Assembly: GCA_035938015.1 (NCBI GenBank)
Contig: DASZHJ010000241.1
Coordinates: forward strand, 1-53,980
Length of the DNA stretch: 53,980 nucleotides
Reading direction: 5' to 3'
From: Stellaceae bacterium
GTDB taxonomy: Bacteria > Pseudomonadota > Alphaproteobacteria > ATCC43930 > CGMCC-115725
A program made the translations under genes and the position numbers. Every line of letters begins with the position of its first letter. Position 1 is the stretch's first letter. The notes beneath the pieces were generated by a model. That model was given only the letters and a program-made list of their open reading frames with translations. It made no database searches and had not been told where the DNA came from. Shown in pieces: positions 18,732-28,494 of the stretch.

Positions 18732-19196
18732 TCAACCTTGCGGCTTCAATCGCAGGCTCATCAAGCGCCGTCCATTTTCCGCGAACCCGCGCCGGCGATA
18801 GAGAGCCGTCGCCCGCTCGTTCCTCGGATCGACCTCCAGGTGAAGCGTCCCGATGCCGAGCAGGCGCGCTTGCTCCAAGGCGAAGTCGAGCACAGCTGCT
18901 CCGGCGCCGCTGCCCCGCGCCGAGGGTATCAGATAGAGGTCATCCACGAAGCCGTCGCCACCGCCATGCTCGACGCTGTAACCCAACGTCAGAACCAAGT
19001 ATCCGATCACCCTTCCGCCGCGACGGATAAGCCAGCACCGCGCCATGGGTTCGCCGGAGACGATCCGGCGCAACGCGGTCGCGCCCTCTGGACTTAGCGG
19101 ATGATCGTCCTCGTCATGGAACGCCTGCGCGAGGTCCACCAGCAGTTCGGCTTCGCTCGCCAATGCCAAGTCATAATGAAGTTCGCTCGCACTCAT
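18732..19196 (-). CDS. GNAT-family N-acetyltransferase
   Basis: Acetyl-CoA motif A, LYLIPSARGSGAGAAVLDFALEQA, and ...ALYRRRGF. ATG 19196 overlaps the upstream HAD gene by 26 nt. A TTG at 19169 is a non-overlapping alternative start. Confidence 0.8.
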   Translation of the reverse strand: MSASELHYDLALASEAELLVDLAQAFHDEDDHPLSPEGATALRRIVSGEPMARCWLIRRGGRVIGYLVLTLGYSVEHGGGDGFVDDLYLIPSARGSGAGAAVLDFALEQARLLGIGTLHLEVDPRNERATALYRRRGFAENGRRLMSLRLKPQG

Positions 19197-19899
19197 CGAT
19201 TTTACGAGGTTTGGGTCGGGAGGAGGGCACCTGTGCAAGCCAGGCGGCAAGATCCTCGACGACGTGGTGGATGTGCGCTGCTCCGGGCTCGGCGCGCGTC
19301 CAATCGGGACCGCCGGGGATCCAGGCCGTGGTCATGCCGAGCGCATGAGCGGGCACGAGGTTGGGCGCGATGTCCTCGACCATGGCGGCACCGCGCGGCT
19401 CGACCGCAAAGCGCTGGAGGAAGCGCGCGTAGGTGCCGTGGTCGGGCTTGGGCAGGTACTCCGCCGCGTGGATATCGAACACGCCCTCGAAGGCGTCGGC
19501 GATCCCCAGGCGCTCAAGCACGCGCTCGGCGTGGCGATGGTCGGCGTTGGTGAAGACAAGCTTCCGGCCCTCGAGCGTCGCGAGGGCGGCCTTGAGCTCG
19601 GGTGCCGGCTGGACCGGCGTCACGTCGATCGCGTGGACGTAGTCGAGAAAGCGGTGGGGATCGATGCCGTTCTCGTTCATGAGGCCGCGCAACGTGGTGC
19701 CGTAGGTGCGGAAATAATGTCGCCGCATGGCGTGCGCCGCCGCCGTGTCGATGCCGAACTCCGCGCACATGAAGGCGGCCATGCGCGTCTCGATCTCCAG
19801 AAAAAGATTGCAGGAATGAGGGTAAAGAGTGTTGTCGAGATCGAAGACCCAGGTCTCGATCTCGTGGAGCGGTCGGCCGCGCCCGGTGTCCGCGCTCAC
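19171..19899 (-). CDS. Pyrimidine 5'-nucleotidase (HAD superfamily, subfamily IA)
   Basis: HAD motif I WVFDLDNTLY, plus ...VFTNA... and ...MVEDIAPNL... This is the layout of the Pyr-5-nucleotidase HAD subgroup. Confidence 0.78.
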   Translation of the reverse strand: MSADTGRGRPLHEIETWVFDLDNTLYPHSCNLFLEIETRMAAFMCAEFGIDTAAAHAMRRHYFRTYGTTLRGLMNENGIDPHRFLDYVHAIDVTPVQPAPELKAALATLEGRKLVFTNADHRHAERVLERLGIADAFEGVFDIHAAEYLPKPDHGTYARFLQRFAVEPRGAAMVEDIAPNLVPAHALGMTTAWIPGGPDWTRAEPGAAHIHHVVEDLAAWLAQVPSSRPKPRKIDECERTSL

Positions 19900-20333
19900 G
19901 TCCCCGCCGGCGCCTCTTTCGAGGTGGCGGGGCCCTTGAGCTCCACCACATTGCCGTCGGGGTCCCTGAGATAAATGGAGGGGCCCATGCCTTCGGCGCC
20001 ATAGCGCTGCTCGACCTGGCCGGGATCGACGCCGTGGTCGCGCAGGTGCGCCATGATCGCGCCCGGATCGAACGGCTTCACCCGCAGGCAGAAGTGATCC
20101 ATGTTGCGGCCTTCCACGTCCGGCGGAGCGCCGCCTTGCCGTCCGAGCTGCCCGTCCACGGGGACGAGATCGATCAGCGAGTCTCCGGCGCGCAGCTGCA
20201 GCAGCCCGATCTTCTTCTGGAACACCTCGACGCGGCAGCCGAGCACGTTGCAGTAGAAATCGCGGGCGCGATCGAGGTCGGTGATCCGCAGCACGACGTG
20301 ATCGAGGCCGAGAACTTTCGGTGCGGTCATCAC
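19896..20333 (-). CDS. VOC-family protein (glyoxalase/bleomycin-resistance/dioxygenase fold)
   Basis: 145 aa. [23 protein letters not shown]...HFCLRV...[12 protein letters not shown] is the paired beta-alpha-beta-beta-beta VOC signature. Confidence 0.8.
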   Translation of the reverse strand: MMTAPKVLGLDHVVLRITDLDRARDFYCNVLGCRVEVFQKKIGLLQLRAGDSLIDLVPVDGQLGRQGGAPPDVEGRNMDHFCLRVKPFDPGAIMAHLRDHGVDPGQVEQRYGAEGMGPSIYLRDPDGNVVELKGPATSKEAPAGT

Positions 20334-21226
20334 GCGCTCGCGTTGCGCTTGATCAAAGTACCCGCGCCGCCCTCCGCGAAGAGCTCGAGGATGACCGCGT
20401 GTGGTACGCGGCCATCGACGATGACGGCGGCCTCGACGCCCTGATCGATTGCATCGAGGCAGGTCTCGACCTTCGGGATCATGCCGCCCGCGATTGTGCC
20501 GTCCTCGATCAGACGACGCGCCTGATCGGCGGTGAGCTCGGGGATGAGCGCTTTCGACCTGTCGAGTACGCCCGCGACGTCCGTGAGCAACAGGAAGCGC
20601 GCGGCTTTGACGGCGCCCGCGACGGCGCCACCCACGGTGTCGGCGTTGATGTTGTAGGTCTGCCCGTCGTCGCCGACGCCGATCGGCGCGATCACCGGGA
20701 TGATCTGGGAGTTCCTGAGCGTTTCCAGGACCGTCGCGTTGATCGCCTCGGGCTCGCCCACGAAGCCGAGGTCGAGAATGCGCTCGATATTCGAATCGGG
20801 GTCGATCTTGGTACGCGTGAGTTTGCGCGCGCGGATCAGGTTTGCATCCTTGCCGGAAAGCCCGATCGCGTAGCCGCCGCCCGCATTGATCGCGGAGACG
20901 ATCTGCTTGTTGATCGAGCCCGAGAGCACCATCTCGACGATCTCCACGGTCGCGCGATCCGTGACGCGCAGCCCGTCGATGAAGTCGCTCTTGATCCTGA
21001 GCCGCTTCAGCATCTGACCGATCTGCGGCCCGCCGCCATGGACGACGATCGGGTTGATGCCAACCTGCTTCAGCAGCACCACGTCCGCCGCGAAGCGCTC
21101 GGCCACGACCTCGTCGCCCATGGCGTGGCCGCCGTACTTCACGACCACGGTCTTGCCGGAGTAGCGCCGGAAGAAGGGCAAGGCCTCCGACAGCACGGAA
21201 GCGCGGGTGTTAGGATCGACCGTCAT
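20330..21226 (-). CDS. argB: Acetylglutamate kinase
   Basis: ATG 21226. [20 protein letters not shown] and [12 protein letters not shown] motifs. Confidence 0.95.
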   Translation of the reverse strand: MTVDPNTRASVLSEALPFFRRYSGKTVVVKYGGHAMGDEVVAERFAADVVLLKQVGINPIVVHGGGPQIGQMLKRLRIKSDFIDGLRVTDRATVEIVEMVLSGSINKQIVSAINAGGGYAIGLSGKDANLIRARKLTRTKIDPDSNIERILDLGFVGEPEAINATVLETLRNSQIIPVIAPIGVGDDGQTYNINADTVGGAVAGAVKAARFLLLTDVAGVLDRSKALIPELTADQARRLIEDGTIAGGMIPKVETCLDAIDQGVEAAVIVDGRVPHAVILELFAEGGAGTLIKRNASA

Positions 21227-21319
21227 GGACGATGCTCGTTGGTTAGCGGCGCGCGAGATTACCAAGGCGAGCCGCCGCTCGCCAGTGTTCGAAGTCCGCT
21301 CTAACGAACCTCGGAATCG

Positions 21320-21985
21320 TCACGCTAGTGTCGCCAGCTCTGCGCGGAGCTCGGCGACGCCGGAGCCCGCTTGCGCGGAGGTCGCGTGGATCGCGGGATG
21401 CGCGGCGACGTGGCTCTTGAGCGCCGTTGCCGTGGTTTCGAGGCGCTGGGCGAGCGCCTTTGGCGAAAGCTTGTCCGACTTGGTCAGCACCAGCTGGAAC
21501 GATACTGCGGATTCGTCGAGCATCGTCATCAAGGGTTCGTCGGTCGGCTTGAGTCCGTGCCGCGCGTCGACCAGCAGCAGCGTGCGCCGCAGGCTCGCGC
21601 GGCCCTTGAGATAGAGGCGCATGAGCTCAGACCAGCGCGCGATATCGTGCTTGGGCGCCTCGGCATAACCGTAGCCCGGCAGGTCCACCAGCATGAGCCT
21701 GCCGGCCAGCGAGAAGAAATTGAGCTGGCGCGTACGGCCGGGCGTATTGGACACTCGCGCGAGCGTCGCGCGTCCCGTGAGCGCATTAAGCAGACTCGAC
21801 TTGCCGACGTTGGAGCGCCCGGCGAAGGCCACCTCGGGCAGCGTGTCCGGCGGAATCGCGTCGGCCGTAAGGGCGCCCGCGATGAAATCGCAAGGACCCG
21901 CGAACAGCAGGCGTCCCGCCTCGATCGCTTGTGCGTCGCGCGCGCGCTCGGGCGGATAGACCGTGCTCGCCACATCCGCCGTCAT
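21320..21985 (-). CDS. yihA: Ribosome-biogenesis GTPase YihA/YsxC (EngB)
   Basis: G1 GRSNVGKSSLLNAL, G3 DLPGYG and G4 TKSD. Sits in the conserved position downstream of yidC. Confidence 0.9.
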   Translation of the reverse strand: MTADVASTVYPPERARDAQAIEAGRLLFAGPCDFIAGALTADAIPPDTLPEVAFAGRSNVGKSSLLNALTGRATLARVSNTPGRTRQLNFFSLAGRLMLVDLPGYGYAEAPKHDIARWSELMRLYLKGRASLRRTLLLVDARHGLKPTDEPLMTMLDESAVSFQLVLTKSDKLSPKALAQRLETTATALKSHVAAHPAIHATSAQAGSGVAELRAELATLA

Positions 21986-21998
21986 CCCGCGCCTCCGC

Positions 21999-23792
21999 TT
22001 AAGCCGCTCCCGCTCGGTGCATGATCACCCATTGCTGGGTGATCGAGAGCAGGTTGTTCCAGGACCAGTAGATCACCAGCCCCGCCGGGAACTGGCCAAG
22101 CATGAAGGTGAACACGATCGGCAGCGCCATCATCATCTTGGCCTGTACGGGGTCGGCGGGCGCCGGGTTCAGCTTCTGCTGCAGGAACATGGTGACGCCC
22201 ATGATGAGCGGCCACGCGCCGATCGACACCAGGTGCAGGATGCTGCCGATCGCGGGAAGCGTGAAGAAGAGCGTGGGATCCCAGGGAATCAGGCCGAACA
22301 GATTGAGCCAAGTGGTGGGATCGGGAACCGAGAGGTCGTGGATCCAACCGTAGAACGGCGCCTGGCGCATCTCGATGGTGACGTAGAGCACTTTGTAGAG
22401 CGAGAAGAACACGGGTATCTGCACGAAGATCGGCAAGCAGCCCGCCATCGGATTGGCGCCGACACGCTTATAAAGTGCCATCACCTCTTGATTGAGCTTG
22501 GCCTTGTCCTCGCCGTGCTTGTCGCGCAGCTTCTGAATCTCCGGCTGCAGCAGCTTCATCTTGCTCATCGCCCGGTACGAGCGGTTGGCGAGCGGGAAGA
22601 ACAAGATCTTGATACTGAGAGTCAGCAGCATGATGGCAATGCCGAAGTTGCCAATCTTCCCGTTCAGGAAATCCAGAAACAGGAAGATCGGCTTGGTGAT
22701 CCAGTAGAACCAGCCGAAATCGATGGCGCGGTCGAAGCGCGGAATGCCCAGCGCCGCCTGGTATTGGTCGAGAAGCTTCACTTCCTTGGCACCGGCGAAG
22801 ATCCGGTCGGAGGTCCCGGCAGTGCCGCCTTGGGGCACGGTCACGGCGTTGCCGAGATAGTCGGCCTGGTAGCGCTCGATCGCGGGCGCGTCGGTGGTGC
22901 CTGTGAACCGGAACCCCGTCTTTATTTCGTTGGCTTGATCCGGGATCAACGCCGTCAGCCAGTACTTGTCGGTGAAGCCGAGCCACCCGCCGGTCGTGCT
23001 CTGCTCGACCGGCTTCTCGCCCTTGAGCGCGGAGTATTTGATCTCCTTGAGCGTGCCGTCGATGACCCCGATGGGACCCTCGTGCAGCAGATAGCTGGAC
23101 GATACCGGCGGACTCCCCTCGCGCCAGATGAAGCCATAGGGGTAGAGCGTCACGGCGGCCTCGCCGTGATTGACGACGCTCTGCGTCACCGTGAAGAGGT
23201 AGTTCTCGTCGACCGCGATCCGGCGTGTGAATGTCAGACCTCTCCCGTTGTCCCAAGCGAGTTCCACCGGGTGTGTCGGCGTGAGCGCGCCATCGCGGGT
23301 CGTGGTCCAACGGGTCTCCTCACCCGGTACCGGCATCGATTTGTCGCCCGCCGACCAACCGACATCGATGAAATACGGGTCCTGCGTGCCCAGTGGCGAC
23401 AACAGCACGATCTCGGCGCTTTTGGGATCGATCGTCTCGTGATACGCCGCGAGCGAAAGGTCGTCGAGATGGCCGCCCACCAGAGCGATCGAGCCGTGCA
23501 GCTTCGGTGTGTCGATGCGGACGCGCGGGCTCGCGGCCAGCACCTCGGCGCGCGATTTCGGTGCCGTCGCGTGTGTGCTAGGTGCGGCGCCCGGTACCGC
23601 GGGAGCCGAGCCGGGGGCAGCGGTCGGCGATGCGGGCGATTGCGCGGTGCTGGGCGCCGTCTGTGTCTGCGTCTGCACGGGTGCCGGCGGCTTTGGTTTC
23701 TCGAAGAGCGGCATCACGAAGAGCTGATAGCCAATCATGATCAGCACCGTGAGCGCCACGGCGATGAGCAGGTTTTTTTGTTGGTCTTCCAT
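21999..23792 (-). CDS. yidC: Membrane protein insertase YidC
   Basis: ATG 23792 gives MEDQQKNLLIAVALTVLIMIGYQ..., a large periplasmic P1 domain, and the C-terminal 5-TM core (...NFGIAIMLLTLSIKILFFPL...MKLLQPE...). The 21963..23888 + ORF is its shadow. Confidence 0.95.
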   Translation of the reverse strand: MEDQQKNLLIAVALTVLIMIGYQLFVMPLFEKPKPPAPVQTQTQTAPSTAQSPASPTAAPGSAPAVPGAAPSTHATAPKSRAEVLAASPRVRIDTPKLHGSIALVGGHLDDLSLAAYHETIDPKSAEIVLLSPLGTQDPYFIDVGWSAGDKSMPVPGEETRWTTTRDGALTPTHPVELAWDNGRGLTFTRRIAVDENYLFTVTQSVVNHGEAAVTLYPYGFIWREGSPPVSSSYLLHEGPIGVIDGTLKEIKYSALKGEKPVEQSTTGGWLGFTDKYWLTALIPDQANEIKTGFRFTGTTDAPAIERYQADYLGNAVTVPQGGTAGTSDRIFAGAKEVKLLDQYQAALGIPRFDRAIDFGWFYWITKPIFLFLDFLNGKIGNFGIAIMLLTLSIKILFFPLANRSYRAMSKMKLLQPEIQKLRDKHGEDKAKLNQEVMALYKRVGANPMAGCLPIFVQIPVFFSLYKVLYVTIEMRQAPFYGWIHDLSVPDPTTWLNLFGLIPWDPTLFFTLPAIGSILHLVSIGAWPLIMGVTMFLQQKLNPAPADPVQAKMMMALPIVFTFMLGQFPAGLVIYWSWNNLLSITQQWVIMHRAGAA

Positions 23793-23824
23793 GGGGACTC
23801 TTTCCAGCCTTGCCTCGCGGCCCG

Positions 23825-24082
23825 TCAGTGGCCGTGGCGGCAGCCGATCGAATGCTCGCGCCGGTGCTGCTCCGGCACGGGATCGTAGCCGCTCCCGCCC
23901 CAGGGATGGCAGCGCGCGAGCCGCCGCACCGCAAGCCAAGTGCCCGCGAGCGCGCCGTGACGCTCGATTGCCTCGGCGGCATAGTCCGAGCAGCTCGGCA
24001 AGTACCGGCAGGACGGCCCCAGCACCGGCGAGATGAGCAGCTGGTAGCTCCGGATCAGACCGCGCAGCAGAAGCGTCAGCAA
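23825..24082 (-). CDS. yidD: Membrane protein insertion efficiency factor YidD
   Basis: [34 protein letters not shown] is the YidD signature. No in-frame ATG exists. TTG at 24082..24080 lies 7 nt after GAGGAGAGG and 13 nt after the rnpA stop. Confidence 0.8.
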   Translation of the reverse strand: MLTLLLRGLIRSYQLLISPVLGPSCRYLPSCSDYAAEAIERHGALAGTWLAVRRLARCHPWGGSGYDPVPEQHRREHSIGCRHGH

Positions 24083-24095
24083 GGGCGTCCTCTCC

Positions 24096-24464
24096 TCAGC
24101 TATGAGGTTCGTCGCGCCAGGTTCCCAATCGGCGCAGCGCAGTCTCGAGATCGTCGACCAGCGCCGCATAGGGCCGCCCGGGCGTCCCAGACCGCGCGAT
24201 CAGCACGTAATCGAAGCCCGCCACGGCGTGGTGTGCCATCACGCTCGCCGCCGCCGCGCGCAGCCGCCGCCGGGCGCGGTTGCGGATGACGGCATTGCCG
24301 ATCTTCCGGGTCGCGGTGAATCCGACGCGGATGGCATCGCAGGCGTCGTCGGTGGGAGCGCGGGCCAAGGTCTGCAGGATCAACCCCGGCGTCACCCACT
24401 TCCGGCGCCCGTCGGCCACGCGCAGGAAATCCGGCCGACGCTTGAGGCGTTCCAGCGCCACCAT
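24096..24464 (-). CDS. rnpA: Ribonuclease P protein component
   Basis: 122 aa, basic. RNR-type motif [16 protein letters not shown]. Located between rpmH and yidD. Confidence 0.85.
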   Translation of the reverse strand: MVALERLKRRPDFLRVADGRRKWVTPGLILQTLARAPTDDACDAIRVGFTATRKIGNAVIRNRARRRLRAAAASVMAHHAVAGFDYVLIARSGTPGRPYAALVDDLETALRRLGTWRDEPHS

Positions 24465-24485
24465 CGCGCGCGGGGCGCGCTCCGC

Positions 24486-24620
24486 TCAGGCGGAGAGGCG
24501 CTTGCGGCCCTTCGCCCTCCGGCTGGCGACGACCTTGCGCCCACCCACCGTCGCCATGCGGGAGCGAAAGCCGTGACGGCGCTTGCGGATGAGCTTGCTC
24601 GGTTGATAGGTGCGCTTCAC
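24486..24620 (-). CDS. rpmH: 50S ribosomal protein L34
   Basis: Below the ORF-track size cut-off. My minus-strand translation from GTG 24620..24618 is (M)[43 protein letters not shown]-stop, a canonical L34 of 44 aa. Confidence 0.92.
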   Translation of the reverse strand: MKRTYQPSKLIRKRRHGFRSRMATVGGRKVVASRRAKGRKRLSA

Positions 24621-24785
24621 GGGGCCCAGACTCCGGCTGCGGCTTCTCAGGAAAACGAGGCCGCTGTATACGGGAGCAGGGGGGCGAAGTCAACGCCGCG
24701 CGGCCGCAACCGGCCGTCACGGCAAGGTGATCCTGCTTGGCCCAGGTGCGCGCCTAGGATCGCGCGGCACACGCGAGTTTATGTC

Positions 24786-25535
24786 ATGCGCGAGAGTGGC
24801 TTACCGGCGATGAACCAGGCAGGAACCGGCGCTCCCGCGTCCGGCGGCATCAAGCGCTGGCTGCCGCTTGGCTTGCTCGTGGTGGCAGCGGTGGCAGCCT
24901 GGCATTGGGATGCGCGCAGCTACGTCAACTTCAATGCGCTCGTCACCCATCGCGAACTCGTCCTAAGCAAAGTCACGGCCCTCGGCTCTTGGGCGCCGGT
25001 TGCTTTCATTGCCCTTTACTCGGCCGTGGCCGCGCTCTCGATCCCGGTAGCGGCTCTCCTGTCGATGATGGGGGGATTTCTCTTCGGAACCATCTTGGGG
25101 ACGCTTTACAGCCTTCTTGGCGCGACGATCGGCGCAACTCTGGTTTTCCTGCTTGCGCGGACGGCCTATGGTGATGTCCTGCAACGCCGTGCGGGGCCAG
25201 CCCTGAAGAAGGTCGAGGCAGGGCTTCGCGAAGATGCAGTCAGCTACCTACTGGTCTTGCGCCTGGTTCCGTTATTTCCGTTCTTCGTCGTGAATCTGGT
25301 CGCAGCTCTGTTTGGCATCTCGCTCAGGGCCTACATTCTCTGCAGCTTCTTCGGCATGATGCCCGGCGCCCTGGTCTACGCCAGTATCGGCGGCGGTCTG
25401 GGCGAATTTCTGGATCGGGGCGAGAAGCCCAATTTTCAGGCCGTCTTGCAACCTCACATCCTCTTGCCTCTTCTGGGCTTAGCGCTGCTGGCACTCGTTC
25501 CCGTGGTCTATAAGCGCTGGAAGCGCAAACCATGA
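24786..25535 (+). CDS. TVP38/TMEM64 (DedA-related, SNARE-associated) family membrane protein
   Basis: ATG 24786 (alternative ATG 24810). 5-6 TM helices with ...GGFLFG...G..YS..GATIGATLVFLLAR... and LRLVPLFPFFVVN. The upstream part of the 24102 track ORF is antisense to rnpA and rpmH. Confidence 0.8.
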   Translation: MRESGLPAMNQAGTGAPASGGIKRWLPLGLLVVAAVAAWHWDARSYVNFNALVTHRELVLSKVTALGSWAPVAFIALYSAVAALSIPVAALLSMMGGFLFGTILGTLYSLLGATIGATLVFLLARTAYGDVLQRRAGPALKKVEAGLREDAVSYLLVLRLVPLFPFFVVNLVAALFGISLRAYILCSFFGMMPGALVYASIGGGLGEFLDRGEKPNFQAVLQPHILLPLLGLALLALVPVVYKRWKRKP

Positions 25536-26965
25536 CGGAGACGCTCGAGGCCGACGTCTGCGTCATCGGCGCGGGCTCGGGTGGATTGACGGTGGCGGCC
25601 GGCGCCTCGCAGCTCGGCGCCAAGACGGTGTTGTTCGAGCACCGCAAGATGGGCGGCGACTGCCTCAACTTCGGCTGCATTCCCTCGAAGGCGCTGCTGG
25701 CGGCGGCGAAGCGCGTGCAGTCGGCACGCGAGAACGCGGCGTTCGGCCTCACGGGGCCGCCGCCCAGCATCGATTTCGCGGCGGTGATGGCGCATGTCCA
25801 CGGTGTCATATCCGCGATCGAGCCGACCGATTCGCAGGCGCGGTTCGAAGGCCTGGGCGTGCACGTGATCCGCGCCTTCGCCCGTTTCGTCGCGCCCGAT
25901 ACGCTCGAGGCGGGCGACGTGCGTGTGCGAGCGCGCCGGATCGTGATCGCCACGGGCTCGTCGCCGGCGACGCCGCCGATACCGGGGCTCGACACCGCGC
26001 CCTTTCTGACCAACGAGACCATTTTCGAGAACCGCGTGGCACCCCGGCATCTCGTCGTCATCGGCGGCGGACCGATCGGCATCGAGATGGCGCAGGCGCA
26101 TCGGTTGCTCGGCGCCGAGGTGACGGTGCTGGAGGCGCTGCCGCGCATCATGCCCAAGGACGATCCGGAGCTGGTCACGTTGCTGGCCGACCGGCTCCGT
26201 GCCGACGGCGTGAGGCTTCGCGCCGGAGTGCGGATTAGCCGGGTTGACGTCGATGGCGAGGGGATCGCCCTGACGATCGCCACCGAGAGCGGCGAGGAGC
26301 GCATGACGGGCTCGCATCTGCTGGTAGCCGCCGGACGGCGCCCCAATCTGAGCGGGCTCGAGCTCGAAAAGGCTGGAATCGCGCGCAACGAGTGGGGCGG
26401 GCTCGTGGTCGATCGGCGGCTGCGCACCAGCAATCGCCGGGTCTATGCGGTCGGCGACGCTGCGGGCGGCCCGCAATTCACGCATATCGCGGGCTACCAC
26501 GCGGGCATCGTGATCCGCAACGCGCTGTTCCGGCTGCCTGCGAAGGTCGACTACCGGGCTCTGCCGTGGGTGACTTTCACCGAGCCGGAGCTCGCGCACG
26601 TGGGGCTCACCGAGGTGGAGGCGCGCGAGCATCACCCGGGTGACCTCACGATATTGCGCTGGCCCTTTCATGAGAACGACCGGGCCCAGGCCGAGCGCTC
26701 GACCCACGGACTTGCCAAGGTGGTGACCAAGCGCAACGGCCGCGTGCTCGGCGCCACGATCCTGGGTGCGCAGGCGGGCGAGCTGATCCAGCCTTGGGTG
26801 CTTGCGATCAACCGCGGGCTCAAGGTGGGTGCGCTCGCCAGCATGATTGCGCCCTACCCGACGCTGGGCGAGGTCAGCAAGCGCGCCGCCGGCAGCTTCT
26901 TCGCGCCCAAGCTCTTCAGCGAGCGCACACGCGGGATCGTCGGCTTGCTCAAGCGGTTCGGTTGA
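25532..26965 (+). CDS. FAD-dependent pyridine nucleotide-disulfide oxidoreductase, class I (dihydrolipoamide dehydrogenase / mercuric reductase-like)
   Basis: FAD fold VIGAGSGG, redox-active disulfide GGDCLNFGCIPSK, a second Rossmann fold VVIGGGPIGIE and a C-terminal dimerisation domain. ATGA overlap with the TVP38 gene. Confidence 0.85.
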   Translation: MTETLEADVCVIGAGSGGLTVAAGASQLGAKTVLFEHRKMGGDCLNFGCIPSKALLAAAKRVQSARENAAFGLTGPPPSIDFAAVMAHVHGVISAIEPTDSQARFEGLGVHVIRAFARFVAPDTLEAGDVRVRARRIVIATGSSPATPPIPGLDTAPFLTNETIFENRVAPRHLVVIGGGPIGIEMAQAHRLLGAEVTVLEALPRIMPKDDPELVTLLADRLRADGVRLRAGVRISRVDVDGEGIALTIATESGEERMTGSHLLVAAGRRPNLSGLELEKAGIARNEWGGLVVDRRLRTSNRRVYAVGDAAGGPQFTHIAGYHAGIVIRNALFRLPAKVDYRALPWVTFTEPELAHVGLTEVEAREHHPGDLTILRWPFHENDRAQAERSTHGLAKVVTKRNGRVLGATILGAQAGELIQPWVLAINRGLKVGALASMIAPYPTLGEVSKRAAGSFFAPKLFSERTRGIVGLLKRFG

Positions 26966-27002
26966 GCATGTCCAACCGCCGACCTCATGCTAGAATCGGG
27001 CC

Positions 27003-28475
27003 ATGAGCGGCAGCAAGGATCCTGGAGCCTCCGTCCTCACGCGCAGTCTCTCCGCGCGGGTGCTGCTGCTGACGATTTTCTTCGTGATGCTGGGCGAGGT
27101 GGTGGTGTTTTTGCCCTCGCTCGCGCGCTTCCGGTACAACTACCTGGAGACCCGGATCGCGGCAGCGCGTCTCGCGACGCTCGCGCTTTATGCGACGCCG
27201 GACAACAGCGTGAGCCCGAGCCTGCAGAATCAGCTGCTCTACCACGTGGGCGCGAGCGGGATCGTGCTGCATCTTCCCAACCAGTCCGCGCTGATGATCG
27301 CCAGCGACATGCCGCCCACGGTCGACCGCACCTACGATCTCCGCGATGCCGGCTTCTTCCAATTGATCGGCGATGCGCTGGCGACGCTGGGGCGCACGGG
27401 TGACGTGATCCTGCGTGTGCTCGATACCTCGCCCAAAGAGCGGAACGTGGTGGTCGAAGTGCTGCTGGGCGAAGGGCCCATGCGCACGGAGATGTGGGAG
27501 TTTGGCGGCCGCATTCTCGGCCTCTCCATCGTGATCTCGCTGATTACGGCGGCGCTCGTATTCCTCAGCCTGAGGTCGCTGCTGGTGGCGCCCATGCGCC
27601 GGATCACCCTGAGCATGACGGCATTTCGGGAGAATCCCGAAGATGCCTCGCGAGTGATCCACCCGAGCGCGCGCGACGACGAGATCGGCGTGGCCGAGCG
27701 TGAGTTGGCCCAGCTCCAGGAGACCGTGCGCCAGGCGCTCCGCCACAGCGCTCGGCTCGCGGCGCTCGGCACCGCGGTCACGAAGATCAACCACGATCTC
27801 CGCAACATCCTATCGACGGCGCGACTGGTCTCCGACAGCTTGGCCGGCAGCGAGGCTCCGGAGGTCAAGCGCGCGGCACCGCGGTTGCTCGACGCCATCG
27901 ATCGGGCGGTCGCGCTCTGCAGCGGCACGCTCAACTTCACCCGTGAAGGCGCGCCGCCCTTGCGGCTGCAGCGCTTTCTACTGGCCTCGATGATCGAGGA
28001 ACTCGCAGACCTCCTAGAGCTCAAGGGTGGCGAGCGGCCGCTGCTTCTCGATCGCGTGCCGCCCGATCTTGCCGCAGAGGCTGATCGCGAGCAGCTGCAC
28101 CGGGTGCTGATGAACCTGCTGCGGAACGCCATGGAGGCGGGCGCGCGCAGCATCGCCGTGAGTGCCGAGGCCCAGAACGGCGAGATTGCCATCGACATAA
28201 GGGACGACGGTCCGGGGCTGCCACCCAAGGCTCTCGCCAATCTGTTCTTGCCTTTTGCGGGCTCGGCAAGGCCGGGCGGCACCGGGCTCGGTCTGGCAAT
28301 CGCCCGGGAAGTGATGCGCGCGCATGGCGGCGACATCGTGCTCAGCGAGAGCACGCAGCACGGCACCGTCTTTCGTCTGAGTCTACCCCGTAGCGGAGCT
28401 TCGACGATGGAGGCTCGACGCGCGCCCGCGCCCGCCGCGGCTCGCCCGAAAACGGAGCGAGCCCCCAGCACATAG
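27003..28475 (+). CDS. Sensor histidine kinase (2 TM, periplasmic domain, HAMP, HisKA, HATPase_c); no cognate regulator adjacent
   Basis: TM1 VLLLTIFFVMLGEVVVFL, a periplasmic stretch of about 140 aa, and TM2 ILGLSIVISLITAALVFLSL. H-box INHDLRNIL, N-box LMNLLRNAMEA, G1 DDGPGL and G2 GGTGLGLAI. Confidence 0.85.
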   Translation: MSGSKDPGASVLTRSLSARVLLLTIFFVMLGEVVVFLPSLARFRYNYLETRIAAARLATLALYATPDNSVSPSLQNQLLYHVGASGIVLHLPNQSALMIASDMPPTVDRTYDLRDAGFFQLIGDALATLGRTGDVILRVLDTSPKERNVVVEVLLGEGPMRTEMWEFGGRILGLSIVISLITAALVFLSLRSLLVAPMRRITLSMTAFRENPEDASRVIHPSARDDEIGVAERELAQLQETVRQALRHSARLAALGTAVTKINHDLRNILSTARLVSDSLAGSEAPEVKRAAPRLLDAIDRAVALCSGTLNFTREGAPPLRLQRFLLASMIEELADLLELKGGERPLLLDRVPPDLAAEADREQLHRVLMNLLRNAMEAGARSIAVSAEAQNGEIAIDIRDDGPGLPPKALANLFLPFAGSARPGGTGLGLAIAREVMRAHGGDIVLSESTQHGTVFRLSLPRSGASTMEARRAPAPAAARPKTERAPST

Positions 28476-28494
28476 GGACAGTTTGCCTACAGCT

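Noticed and set aside
24486-24785. Replication origin next to rpmH-rnpA-yidC (as in many Gammaproteobacteria and Firmicutes)
   Set aside because: There is no dnaA gene, no cluster of TTATCCACA-like boxes and no AT-rich unwinding element in the 165-nt intergenic region. Alphaproteobacterial origins are usually elsewhere.
26959-26978. CGGTTGAGCATGTCCAACCG as an FNR/FixK box (TTGAT-N4-ATCAA)
   Set aside because: Only a partial match (TTGAG-CATG-TCCAA). It overlaps a stop codon and would sit too close to the kinase ATG for a class II activator site. It is kept only as a generic dyad in the leaderless-promoter finding.
27003-28475. The orphan histidine kinase as the missing FixL
   Set aside because: The input region is a periplasmic domain between two TM helices followed by HAMP. 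I see no cytoplasmic PAS fold and no heme-pocket His context. It also lies 13 kb from fixJ in an unrelated cluster.
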